Shown piece after piece: positions 25,497-33,024 of a DNA stretch of 33,024 nt. The notes beneath the pieces are model-generated. The model had not been told where the DNA came from. It worked only from the letters and a program-made list of their open reading frames with translations, and searched no databases. The position numbers were made by a program, and so were the translations under genes. The stretch is from NCBI GenBank assembly GCA_001799225.1, contig MGTA01000167.1:19725-52748 (forward strand), in the 5' to 3' direction. This DNA comes from Deltaproteobacteria bacterium RIFOXYD12_FULL_50_9. Lineage in GTDB: Bacteria; Desulfobacterota; Desulfobulbia; Desulfobulbales; CALZHT01. Every line of letters begins with the position of its first letter. Positions within the stretch are counted from its first letter, which is position 1.

Positions 25497-25551
25497 TGAC
25501 AATAATTGTCAGTTTGTAGAGCGCGAGTTGTGACGCTTTTTGTCAGTTTGT
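25497..25551 (-). promoter_or_regulatory. Repeat cluster, candidate enhancer (UAS) for the sigma-54 promoter
   Basis: A 12-nt direct repeat TTGTCAGTTTGT occurs at 25506-25517 and 25540-25551. A perfect inverted repeat TGACAAT-A-ATTGTCA lies at 25497-25511. A related GTTGTGAC lies between them. The cluster is 120-175 nt upstream of the -24 element. Confidence 0.4.
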
Positions 25552-25609
25552 GATTCGGATAGGCGGTGCGAAAAAATGTGGGGGGCAGAATATGCAATAG
25601 TGTTTACGG

Positions 25610-25683
25610 TGGCTGGGGGACAGGGATTCGAACCCCGACAGGCAGAGTCAGAGTCTGCAGTCCTACCGTTAGACGATCCCCCA
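25610..25683 (-). tRNA. tRNA-Gln (anticodon CTG)
   Basis: The minus strand reads TGGGGGA-TC-GTCT...GCAGA-CTCTGAC-TCTGC...CGGGG-TTCGAAT-CCCTG-TCCCCCA-G-CCA, 74 nt. Confidence 0.94.
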
Positions 25684-25701
25684 AACCGGAATAGGTGCCA
25701 T

Positions 25702-25730
25702 AAAATAGAGAGCCAGACCTCATATGTCAA
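25702..25730 (-). promoter_or_regulatory. Sigma70-type promoter candidate for tRNA-Gln(CTG)
   Basis: The minus strand has TTGACA (25730-25725), a 17-nt spacer, then TATTTT (25707-25702). The -10 ends 18 nt before the tRNA 5' end. Confidence 0.5.
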
Positions 25731-25754
25731 GTTAAATTCCGGCGTTTATCCTTA

Positions 25755-26564
25755 TCAGGTAATAATAAGTCCGGCATAACCAACCACTTGGCGAGTATCG
25801 CCGCTTATCTCGCCTGAATCTGTGTATCGAACTAGTTCGGCTTGGGTAGCGCCTAGTTCTTTGGCCGCGATTAGGGCAACAGTAGCCGGTATTACTCCGC
25901 ACATGGTAATGCCTCGACTAAATACGGTCTGATAGAGGCCAAGCGGATCCAGAGCCAAAACCTTTTCAATAGCTTGGCGGTCTTTGGCTGTCGCCTCCCG
26001 TCTCGACTCGTAATGAGTCATGTCACTGCTGGCTATCATTAATACATCTTTCCGGTAGTCTTTGATGGCAGCGGCTATCCCCTTGCCGATCTCCTCGCAG
26101 AGGGTAAAAGACAATTGGGAAAAAGTTATCGGTACAATAGCCAGGTTTTGTTGGAAATATTGCAGAAAGGAAACCTGAACTTCCAGAGAGTGTTCGTGAA
26201 GATGGGCTTTTTCGTCAACTCTTATTGCCGGATTGTGATTAATGATGAGTTCGGCCAGAGAGGAGTTGATCGGCACCGCCCCCAAGGGCATCTGCCAGGC
26301 GCCTTCCTGCATAATGGCGATCGGTGCGCCTAACCCATGGTGATTTGGTCCCAGGATGATGACATCGCGGCTTACCTGAATTCTGGCAAAAGTTTCCCCT
26401 GCAACGCTACCGGAATAGATGTAGCCGGCGTGCGGAGAGATGATGGCCAGTGCTTTTTTACGCAGGTCGTCAGAAAATGGCGGAATGAGCTTATCCAGGG
26501 TCTCTTTGAGGAGATGAGCATCCCCGGGATAAAACTGGTTGGCAACAGCTGGTAACCTGATCAT
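25755..26564 (-). CDS. amrB: AmmeMemoRadiSam system protein B (Memo-like)
   Basis: MIRLPAVANQFYPGD...ISPHAGYIYSG...GPNHHG...SSDMTHY matches the Memo/AmrB signature. ATG at 26564 has GGAG 8 nt upstream. The track start TTG 26594 is rejected. Confidence 0.87.
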   Translation of the reverse strand: MIRLPAVANQFYPGDAHLLKETLDKLIPPFSDDLRKKALAIISPHAGYIYSGSVAGETFARIQVSRDVIILGPNHHGLGAPIAIMQEGAWQMPLGAVPINSSLAELIINHNPAIRVDEKAHLHEHSLEVQVSFLQYFQQNLAIVPITFSQLSFTLCEEIGKGIAAAIKDYRKDVLMIASSDMTHYESRREATAKDRQAIEKVLALDPLGLYQTVFSRGITMCGVIPATVALIAAKELGATQAELVRYTDSGEISGDTRQVVGYAGLIIT

Positions 26565-26637
26565 TGTTGAAGCTCCAATGTGACGATGGGGCAAAAAATG
26601 GCAGGGGGTAAGTTGCGGCCGTGTTTATGTGGATTTG

Positions 26638-28107
26638 TCAGCCGGGTTTCACGCTCCAAGCGGTGCCGTTTGCTCCATCTTTTAATTCAATGTTGTGGCT
26701 TAAGAGCTGACCCCTGATAGCATCGGCTCTGGCCCAATCTTTTTGCCGACGAGCTGTAAGCCGGTCTTGAATCAATTGTTCTATGGATTCTTTGCTGATG
26801 TCAAGTCCGGCCAGAATTTTTTGCTGTTGGCAATTCAGGTAGAGCGATGGTTCCTGGCGGAGCAGTCCAATAAGGCCGGCAAGTTCTCTGATAGTGGTGG
26901 AGGCTTTCCTAAGGAGATCCAGATCGGTTGTGGCTGGATTACTGGGCAGGGCCTGTTTTATTCTGTTAAGTATTTTGACAATTTCAAAGATATGGCCAAG
27001 CGCCTGGGCTGTGTTGAAATCGTTATTCATGGCCTCCTGGAAACGTTCGGTCAGTGACTCGATCTTTTCGATCTCCTTAACCGTAGCTTCGGGTTTGGCG
27101 GTTGGATTACCAGAGGCGGTGATTTGGGCAATTTCAGCCAGGCAGGTATAGAGGCGGTCCAGGCCGGTTACCGCATCCTGCATGGCAGCTTCGGAGTAGT
27201 CAAGCGGATTTCGGTAGTGGGTTGAGAAGACAAAAAGACGAAGTGCTTCCGGCTGATACTGGGCCAACAAGTCGCGGATAGTCAGGAAATTGCCAAGGGA
27301 TTTTGACATTTTTTCATCATTAATAGTGACAAAGCCGTTGTGCACCCAGATATTGACAAAAGTTTTGCCGCTGGCCCCCTGGCTTTGGGCTATCTCATTT
27401 TCATGATGCGGAAACACGAGATCCTTGCCGCCGCCATGGATATCAAAAGATTCGCCCAGATATTTTTTACTCATGGCCGAGCACTCGATATGCCAGCCCG
27501 GTCTGCCTGGCCCCCAAGGGCTCTCCCAAGTCGGTTCCCCTGGTTTACTGCCTTTCCAGAGAGCAAAATCCATTGGATTTCTTTTATTTTCGTTGATCGA
27601 TATCCGGGCTCCGGCTTTCATTTCGTTGAGGCTGCGGCCCGAAAGGATTCCATACGGTTGAAATTTTTCGACAGCATAAAAGACATCGCTTCCTGCTTGA
27701 TAAGCTAATCCTTTTGCCATCAACTCCTGAATCATCCCGATGATTTCCGGAAGATGTTCTGTTGCCTTTGGTTCCGCAGTGGGAGAGGCAATTCCTAAAT
27801 GGGCCATGTCTTCATGAAAGGCGTGGATAAACTGTTCGGAAAGAGCTATGGTCGAGGTGTTCTGCTCCTGAGCCCGGTTGATTATTTTATCGTCGATATC
27901 AGTAAAATTCCGTATATATGTTACATTGAGACCAAGATATTGCAGGTAGCCGACGATCATATCAAAGACCAGGGCTGAACGGGCATGGCCAATATGACAG
28001 TAGTCATAGGCGGTTATACCACACACATAGATTTTTACATGGCCTGGTTCGATAGGTTCCAGTGGAACCTTGCGGCTGTTCAGGGTGTTAAATATTGTGA
28101 CGGTCAT
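26638..28107 (-). CDS. cysS: Cysteine--tRNA ligase
   Basis: ATG at 28107 gives MTVTIFNTLNSRKVPLEP...KIYVCGITAYDYCHIGHARS (HIGH motif). It also has KMSKSLGN and a C-terminal DALR-like helical domain. The track's N-terminal extension to 28275 is rejected. Confidence 0.95.
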   Translation of the reverse strand: MTVTIFNTLNSRKVPLEPIEPGHVKIYVCGITAYDYCHIGHARSALVFDMIVGYLQYLGLNVTYIRNFTDIDDKIINRAQEQNTSTIALSEQFIHAFHEDMAHLGIASPTAEPKATEHLPEIIGMIQELMAKGLAYQAGSDVFYAVEKFQPYGILSGRSLNEMKAGARISINENKRNPMDFALWKGSKPGEPTWESPWGPGRPGWHIECSAMSKKYLGESFDIHGGGKDLVFPHHENEIAQSQGASGKTFVNIWVHNGFVTINDEKMSKSLGNFLTIRDLLAQYQPEALRLFVFSTHYRNPLDYSEAAMQDAVTGLDRLYTCLAEIAQITASGNPTAKPEATVKEIEKIESLTERFQEAMNNDFNTAQALGHIFEIVKILNRIKQALPSNPATTDLDLLRKASTTIRELAGLIGLLRQEPSLYLNCQQQKILAGLDISKESIEQLIQDRLTARRQKDWARADAIRGQLLSHNIELKDGANGTAWSVKPG

Positions 28108-28205
28108 ATATTCTTTCTTATCCTGTATGGGCAAAAGATTCATAAAAAAATCTATATACCCGTTTACGGCAGGAGAGGCAAGTGTTGCTGGTTGACTACC
28201 TAAGA

Positions 28206-28233
28206 TTAATATCGCCTCATTTGCACTTGACAA
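28206..28233 (-). promoter_or_regulatory. Sigma70-type promoter candidate for cysS
   Basis: The minus strand has TTGTCA (28233-28228), a 16-nt spacer, then TATTAA (28211-28206). The -35 is part of a near-palindrome that reads TTGACA on the plus strand, facing serA. Confidence 0.35.
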
Positions 28234-28406
28234 AGTTAGTTGATAGAATAATAGTCGATTTTTTATCTGGATCATCCATATCTGAATTGGTGATGTGGTG
28301 TTTTCTAAACTGCTGGGCAGAGTAGTCCGGTTGGTTGAAGTTTAGCCAAGTTAAGCAAGCAAGGAATTTTTGTTGTTTTGATCGATAATAAAACTAAGGA
28401 GATGGG

Positions 28407-29999
28407 ATGAAAGTATTAGTTAGTGACAACCTGGCGCCGGTTGGGGTGCAAATCCTTAAAGATGCCGGCCTCGATGTCGATGTCAAGACCGGTCTTGGAC
28501 CAGACGAACTTGAGAAGATTATTTCAGAGTACGATGGCCTGGTTATCCGTAGCGCCACCAAGGTTACAGCTGTCATTCTTGAAGCAGCTACCAGGTTGAA
28601 AGTGGTCGGTAGAGCCGGAATCGGGCTTGACAACGTTGATGTTTTGACGGCCAGCACCAAAGGTGTTGTGGTAATGAATGCCCCGGATGGGAATGCAACC
28701 ACCGCAGCTGAACATGCCCTCTCCATGATGATGTCCATTGCCCGGAATATCCCGCAGGCTACGGCCTCTATGAAGGCCGGGAAGTGGGAGAAGAAGAAGT
28801 TTATGGGGCGTGAACTTACCGGCAAGACCCTGGGAGTGATCGGCATCGGCAGGATCGGCAGCATAGTGGCTGATCGAGCCCGCGGGCTTCATATGAAGGT
28901 CATTGCCTATGATCCGCATATGCCCAAGGAGCTGGTGGATACTCTCGGCGTAGAGTTGGTTTCTCTTGATGAACTTTGCCGGCGCTCTGACTTTTTTACG
29001 GTGCATGTGCCGCTGACCAAAGAGACTAAACATCGTGTTTCGACCAATGAATTCAAGCTCATGAAAAAGAGTGCCATGTTTATAGATTGCGCCCGTGGCG
29101 GGGTTGTGGACGAAGCAGCACTTTATGAAGCCTTGAAGAGCGGCCTCATTGCCGGAGCAGCTCTCGATGTTTTTGAGGTCGAGCCCACAACTCTGGAAAA
29201 TCCGTTGCTCTCGCTTGAAAATTTTATCTGCACTCCTCATCTGGGGGCGTCGACTGCCGAAGCACAGGAGAATGTTGCAGTGGCCATTGCCAAGCAGGTT
29301 GCTGATTATCTGTTGACCGGTACAGTGGTGAATGCGGTGAACGTCCCATCCGTCAGTGGCGAGGTGCTTGCCAAGATCGGACCGTATGTGACCTTGGCCG
29401 AAATGCTGGGTTCGTTTCATATGCAGATCGCCAAGGGTGGTGTGCAAGAGGTTAATCTGGAATTTGTCGGAGATCTCTCCGAGATGGTCACAAGTCCAAT
29501 CACTGTTGCCTTTTTGAAGGGATTGTTCACGCCAATTCTGAAAGATGCCGTTAATTTCGTTAACGCCCCTATCATTGCCAAGGAGAGAGGTATCAGGGTG
29601 GTTGAGTCAAAAACAACTCATGCCGATGATTTTACCAATCTTCTGTCGATTACCGTGAAGACAACTGAGGGTGTTAACGTACTGTCCGGGACGGTGTTCG
29701 GTAAAAAGGAGCCGCGTTTGGTCCGCTTCAATACCTTCCGGATGGAAGCCCTCCCTGCCGGGCCAATGCTGTTTGTCTGGAATAAGGATATTCCCGGTGT
29801 TATCGGAGCGTTGGGAACAACTCTCGGTAACGATGGCGTCAATATTTCTCGAATGACCGTGGGCCGCGAGGGCGAGCATGGTCGCAATATTATTCTGCTT
29901 AATACCGACACCCTGATTGAGAAAAATTTGATGAAAAAAGTTCTTCAATTAAAGCATGTTGATGATGCAATGGTACTTGATTTGCCCGTGTTAATTTGA
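28407..29999 (+). CDS. serA: D-3-phosphoglycerate dehydrogenase (long form with ASB and ACT domains)
   Basis: 530 aa. AGGAG lies 5 nt upstream. The NAD-binding fold is GKTLGVIGIGRIGSIVA, and the catalytic region contains TPHLGAST. The C-terminal regulatory domain is about 200 aa. Confidence 0.95.
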   Translation: MKVLVSDNLAPVGVQILKDAGLDVDVKTGLGPDELEKIISEYDGLVIRSATKVTAVILEAATRLKVVGRAGIGLDNVDVLTASTKGVVVMNAPDGNATTAAEHALSMMMSIARNIPQATASMKAGKWEKKKFMGRELTGKTLGVIGIGRIGSIVADRARGLHMKVIAYDPHMPKELVDTLGVELVSLDELCRRSDFFTVHVPLTKETKHRVSTNEFKLMKKSAMFIDCARGGVVDEAALYEALKSGLIAGAALDVFEVEPTTLENPLLSLENFICTPHLGASTAEAQENVAVAIAKQVADYLLTGTVVNAVNVPSVSGEVLAKIGPYVTLAEMLGSFHMQIAKGGVQEVNLEFVGDLSEMVTSPITVAFLKGLFTPILKDAVNFVNAPIIAKERGIRVVESKTTHADDFTNLLSITVKTTEGVNVLSGTVFGKKEPRLVRFNTFRMEALPAGPMLFVWNKDIPGVIGALGTTLGNDGVNISRMTVGREGEHGRNIILLNTDTLIEKNLMKKVLQLKHVDDAMVLDLPVLI

Positions 30000-30004
30000 G
30001 ATTA

Positions 30005-30040
30005 GTAGGGGCGAAAAATTTTTCGCCCCTACTTGTTTGT
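30005..30040 (+). terminator. Intrinsic terminator after serA
   Basis: A perfect 28-nt palindrome GTAGGGGCGAAAAATTTTTCGCCCCTAC (30005-30032) is followed by TTGTTTGT. Confidence 0.85.
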
Positions 30041-30083
30041 AAACCGGCAACTATGAATCATGAACAGATCCTGAGGAGTGCCG

Positions 30084-30398
30084 ATGACCGAGGAAAAGGA
30101 ACAAAAAAAATGCTGCAGCGGAGGCAAAATCTGGAAAGACGGTAAATGTGTGCTGCCCGAGGTTACTTTTACTGCCTTCATCATGTCCTTAAACACCTCA
30201 GTATTGTACCATTTAGGTGAGATTAAAGATCCGGTTACCGGCAACCTGGAAAAGGATCTTGTCCTGGCCAAGCATACAATTGACACCCTGAATCTTCTTA
30301 AGCATAAGACCAAGGGAAATCTTACGTCTGAGGAGGATGAGATTCTCGCTGCTATTATCTTTGATCTGCAGATGCGTTTTGTCAGGGTAAGCGGATGA
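30084..30398 (+). CDS. DUF1844 domain-containing protein
   Basis: LPEVTFTAFIMSLNTSVLYHLGEIKDPVTGNLEKDLVLAKHTIDTLNLLKHKTKGNLTSEEDEIL matches the DUF1844 pattern as I recall it. ATG at 30084 lies 5 nt after GAGGAG. Confidence 0.78.
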   Translation: MTEEKEQKKCCSGGKIWKDGKCVLPEVTFTAFIMSLNTSVLYHLGEIKDPVTGNLEKDLVLAKHTIDTLNLLKHKTKGNLTSEEDEILAAIIFDLQMRFVRVSG

Positions 30399-30416
30399 TT
30401 AAGCCTTGAAGACCTT

Positions 30417-30454
30417 TTATGCCTGGTTTCCTGTCTGGGAATCAGGCATTTTTT
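30417..30454 (+). terminator. Intrinsic terminator after the DUF1844 gene
   Basis: ATGCCTG (30417-30423) pairs with CAGGCAT (30441-30447), with inner TTCC/GGAA pairing. TTTTTTT follows. Confidence 0.8.
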
Positions 30455-30633
30455 TTGCCGTTTGAGACTCCTGTTCAGTAAGAAATCGATACCTATACAA
30501 TAAGCAGCAGCAGGGAATTTAGTCCATAAGCAATAAATATAGATAGTTATACCTCTCCAGGAGATACTGAAAAGAGTGACGGCGTATTATTGCGTAAAGA
30601 GAATTGTCCCGTTTATCGGGTTTAGGATCATGG

Positions 30634-31506
30634 ATGTCATACCTATCAGTTAGTGCTCCAGCGAAGATAAATCTCTATCTGGCAGTGCGTGGTCGACGTC
30701 CAGATGGGTATCACGAAATCGAAACATGGATGCAAAAGATCGATTTGATGGATACACTGCATCTACGGGAGAGAGAATCCGGCATCACTCTTGCCTGCCC
30801 TGGAAGCGAACTCCCTGTTGATTCATCGAATTTGGCATTCAGGGCGGCAAAAGCTTTTTTTAGGCATACCGGAATAGGCAAGGGAGTAGAAATCGTCCTT
30901 GAAAAAAGAATCCCGGTTGCTGCTGGACTTGGAGGTGGCAGCAGTGATGCGGCGGCAGTGCTTTGTGGTTTGGAAAAACTTTTTCAGATAAAGCTTGAGG
31001 CTGAGTCAATGAGAGGCATTGCCCTGACATTGGGAGCAGATGTACCGTTTTTTACAAGTAAATATAGTGCGGTATGGGCGACAGGCATCGGTGATATCCT
31101 GCATGATGTCTCGCCTCTTGAACATCTTTGGATTCTGCTGGTCAATCCAGGCGTCAAGGTGCCTACTAAATGGGTCTATGAGAATTTTGCGTTGACAACC
31201 AAGGGTAATCCATATATCTTAGGCCGCGAACAAATCCATGGTAATTTGCTGGATTTTTCCCTTCGGGATGGAAAATCTCTTCTGTTTAATGACCTTGAAT
31301 CAGTTACCATAAGCCGATATCCGGATATTGAGGTGATCAAACAAAAGATGGTGGTTAATGGTGCAAGGGTTGCATTGATGTCAGGAAGCGGCCCGACTGT
31401 TTTTGGCCTGTTTGATAATAGAGACGACGTAATGAACAGCTTCCATCTTTTCCAACAGCAATATGGGAACGTGTTTCTCGCTACACCTATGGTGTGTGAT
31501 AAATAG
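30634..31506 (+). CDS. ispE: 4-diphosphocytidyl-2-C-methyl-D-erythritol kinase
   Basis: ATG at 30634 lies 6 nt after AGGA and gives MSYLSVSAPAKINLYLAV. The GHMP kinase motif is PVAAGLGGGSSDAAAVL. The track TTG start at 30604 is rejected. Confidence 0.93.
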   Translation: MSYLSVSAPAKINLYLAVRGRRPDGYHEIETWMQKIDLMDTLHLRERESGITLACPGSELPVDSSNLAFRAAKAFFRHTGIGKGVEIVLEKRIPVAAGLGGGSSDAAAVLCGLEKLFQIKLEAESMRGIALTLGADVPFFTSKYSAVWATGIGDILHDVSPLEHLWILLVNPGVKVPTKWVYENFALTTKGNPYILGREQIHGNLLDFSLRDGKSLLFNDLESVTISRYPDIEVIKQKMVVNGARVALMSGSGPTVFGLFDNRDDVMNSFHLFQQQYGNVFLATPMVCDK

Positions 31507-31511
31507 GGTGT

Positions 31512-31586
31512 TGGGGCGTCGTCAAGCGGTAAGACACAGGACTTTGACTCCTGTATTCGGAGGTTCGAATCCTCCCGCCCCAGCCA
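31512..31586 (+). tRNA. tRNA-Gln (anticodon TTG)
   Basis: TGGGGCG...CAGGA-CTTTGAC-TCCTG...GGAGG-TTCGAAT-CCTCC-CGCCCCA-G-CCA, 75 nt. It begins 6 nt after the ispE stop. Confidence 0.95.
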
Positions 31587-31730
31587 GGTATCCAGGGAAA
31601 TTTTATCCTTTATCAAGTATTGCATAATTTATTAGAACTAATAATCAACCGTATTAAAAACCGGAAATATGCAGAGAAATAAACTTTAAAATGAGATATT
31701 AAGATTAAGCTTTTGTGCGTGTAAAAAATA

Positions 31731-32684
31731 ATGACAATGAAAAATGAGATGAAAGTTTTTTCCGGCAATGCCAATCCAGTACTAGCTCGAGATATCTGCT
31801 CATATCTGCAGATTCCACTATCTGAGGTCGAAGTACGTCGGTTCAGTGATGGTGAGATCTTTGTTGAGATAGGCGAAAATGTCCGGGGTCGAGATATCTT
31901 TGTGATTCAGCCCACCTGCTCGCCAGTCAATGATCATCTCATGGAACTAGTTATCATGGTGGATGCCTTGCGCAGGGCTTCTGCCCGCAGGATTACCGCT
32001 GTACTGCCATATTATGGTTATGCCAGGCAAGATAGAAAGGTTGCACCAAGAACACCCATTACCGCTAAGGTGGTTGCGGAAATGCTCATGGTGGTTGGCG
32101 TTCGACGTGTTTTGGCCATGGATCTGCACGCTGGTCAGATTCAGGGTTTCTTTAACATCCCTGTAGATCATCTTTATGCTGCGCCGGTTTTACTTGAATA
32201 TATCAGTGAAAAATTCAAGCAGGATAATGAGGTGATTATGGTATCCCCGGATGCGGGTGGGGTCGAACGGACTCGGGCTTTTGCCAAACGTTTGAAGTCT
32301 GGCCTGGCAATCATTGACAAGCGTCGGGAAAGAGCAAATGAATCTCATGCCATGCATGTAATTGGCAATGTCGAAGGAAAAACCGCCATTCTGCTCGATG
32401 ATATGGTCGATACGGCTGGTACGCTCTGTTCAAGTGCTGACGTACTTCTCCAGGCGGGAGCCAAGGAGGTGTATGCCTGTTGCACCCATCCCGTGTTATC
32501 TGGCCCTGCGATAGAACGGATTGAGAAATCAGTCATCAAAAAGCTTGTGGTTACCAATACCATACCATTGCAGCCTGCGGCTCTAGCTTGCCAGAAAATT
32601 CATGTGTTGTCTGTTTCTGATCTGTTAGGTGAAGCTATTCAACGGATCCATTCGGAAGATTCGGTGAGTTCACTTTTTGTCTGA
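31731..32684 (+). CDS. prs: Ribose-phosphate pyrophosphokinase
   Basis: 317 aa with [19 protein letters not shown] and the PRPP-binding loop [12 protein letters not shown]. Confidence 0.96.
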   Translation: MTMKNEMKVFSGNANPVLARDICSYLQIPLSEVEVRRFSDGEIFVEIGENVRGRDIFVIQPTCSPVNDHLMELVIMVDALRRASARRITAVLPYYGYARQDRKVAPRTPITAKVVAEMLMVVGVRRVLAMDLHAGQIQGFFNIPVDHLYAAPVLLEYISEKFKQDNEVIMVSPDAGGVERTRAFAKRLKSGLAIIDKRRERANESHAMHVIGNVEGKTAILLDDMVDTAGTLCSSADVLLQAGAKEVYACCTHPVLSGPAIERIEKSVIKKLVVTNTIPLQPAALACQKIHVLSVSDLLGEAIQRIHSEDSVSSLFV

Positions 32685-32850
32685 TCGGATTATTGTAATT
32701 TTTCAGTAAGTTTATTTAGGTGCTCAGCATTATTATGGATATTTGAGTAATACTTGTTTTTTGGGAACAAAAATATTTTAAATATTTAATCTAATTTAGT
32801 GTTAAATAGTCCGTTTAGATACTTTGATAGAAGAGGGAGGAAAAGGCCTT

Positions 32851-33024
32851 ATGTTACAGTTTGATATAGCAGCAAATGCGCGACAGGCAGCAGGAAAGGG
32901 GGGATCCCGTACACTCAGAAGAGCTGGACAGACCCCAGCAATTTTGTATGGACCAAAAATTAAACCTCTGCCGTTGGTTTTGGATACCAAGGAATTAACC
33001 AGAATGATATTAGGCATGAAACGA
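32851..33024 (+). CDS. rplY: 50S ribosomal protein L25/Ctc, N-terminal fragment (runs off the 3' edge)
   Basis: Not in the ORF track because it has no stop in the window. The ATG at 32851 follows GGAGG. My translation is MLQFDIAANARQAAGKGGSRTLRRAGQTPAILYGPKIKPLPLVLDTKELTRMILGMKR, which shows the L25 signature (G..RRLRR.G.vPAvlYG). The prs-rplY order is conserved. Confidence 0.85.
   Translation, partial: MLQFDIAANARQAAGKGGSRTLRRAGQTPAILYGPKIKPLPLVLDTKELTRMILGMKR

Noticed and set aside
17074-25683. Genomic island integrated at the 3' end of tRNA-Gln(CTG)
   Set aside because: The pilin/glycosylation block lies on the 3' side of the tRNA, and some stretches look AT-rich. My hand counts were 21/60 G+C at 18961-19020 and 22/60 at 23521-23580, against 31/60 at 21001-21060 inside the same block. 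I found no integrase, no direct repeat of the tRNA 3' end near 17.0 kb, and the composition is not uniform.
25509-25779. 73-aa (minus) and 79-aa (plus) ORFs
   Set aside because: Both run straight through the tRNA-Gln(CTG) gene.
28394-29447. 156-aa and 307-aa ORFs antisense to serA
   Set aside because: These are shadow frames of a GC-richer, strongly supported gene.
32802-33017. 71-aa minus-strand ORF at the window end
   Set aside because: It is antisense to the clearly recognisable N-terminus of L25/Ctc, which the ORF track lacks because it is open-ended.
1-33024. CRISPR arrays, IS elements or transposases, prophage genes, toxin-antitoxin pairs, rRNA
   Set aside because: None seen. The only repeats are the short regulatory-scale ones listed, and all large ORFs are accounted for by housekeeping, transport or glycosylation functions.

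Overview
This 33-kb chromosomal segment is mostly core housekeeping genes, with one accessory block at about 14.0-25.6 kb. From gene content and synteny I guess a Desulfobacterota-type ('deltaproteobacterial') Gram-negative, but this is inference only.

**Plus strand, 1-17.0 kb:**
- dnaX' (3' fragment), ybaB, recR and tRNA-Val(GAC).
- The E. coli-like block thrS-infC-rpmI-rplT-pheS-pheT-ihfA, then a MerR-family gene and tRNA-Pro(GGG).
- An orphan REC-PAS-sigma54 activator.
- A csp gene, a terminator and a DEAD-box helicase.
- A long leader followed by a soluble MgtE_N/CBS protein that is translationally coupled to an NRAMP transporter.

**Minus strand, 17.0-28.1 kb (in transcription order):**
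- cysS, amrB (Memo-like) and tRNA-Gln(CTG).
- A sigma54-type promoter, a type IV prepilin gene and a terminator.
- Four glycosylation genes: a TMTC-like GT-C with TPR repeats, an STT3/PglB-like oligosaccharyltransferase, a PMT_2/ArnT-like GT-C, and a GT2 polyprenyl-phosphate sugar synthase.

**Plus strand, 28.4-33.0 kb:** serA, a DUF1844 gene, ispE, tRNA-Gln(TTG), prs and rplY' (truncated at the window edge, missing from the ORF track).

I found no CRISPR array, IS element, transposase, integrase or rRNA.

**Most interesting candidates:**
1. The pilin-linked module with three different GT-C enzymes. Its PglB-like enzyme keeps the catalytic motifs but reads FCDNG where PglB has WWDYG, and the pilin has no N-X-S/T sequon.
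2. A stand-alone MgtE-type cytoplasmic Mg2+-sensor domain protein coupled to an NRAMP whose metal-site residues (DAGG / T..A) match the Mg2+-transporting NRMT clade.
3. A roughly 300-nt leader upstream of that pair. It holds a Shine-Dalgarno-preceded 31-codon Cys/Pro-rich sORF whose 3' end lies inside a terminator-like hairpin.

All calls come from reading the sequence and translations by eye. No database search was run.
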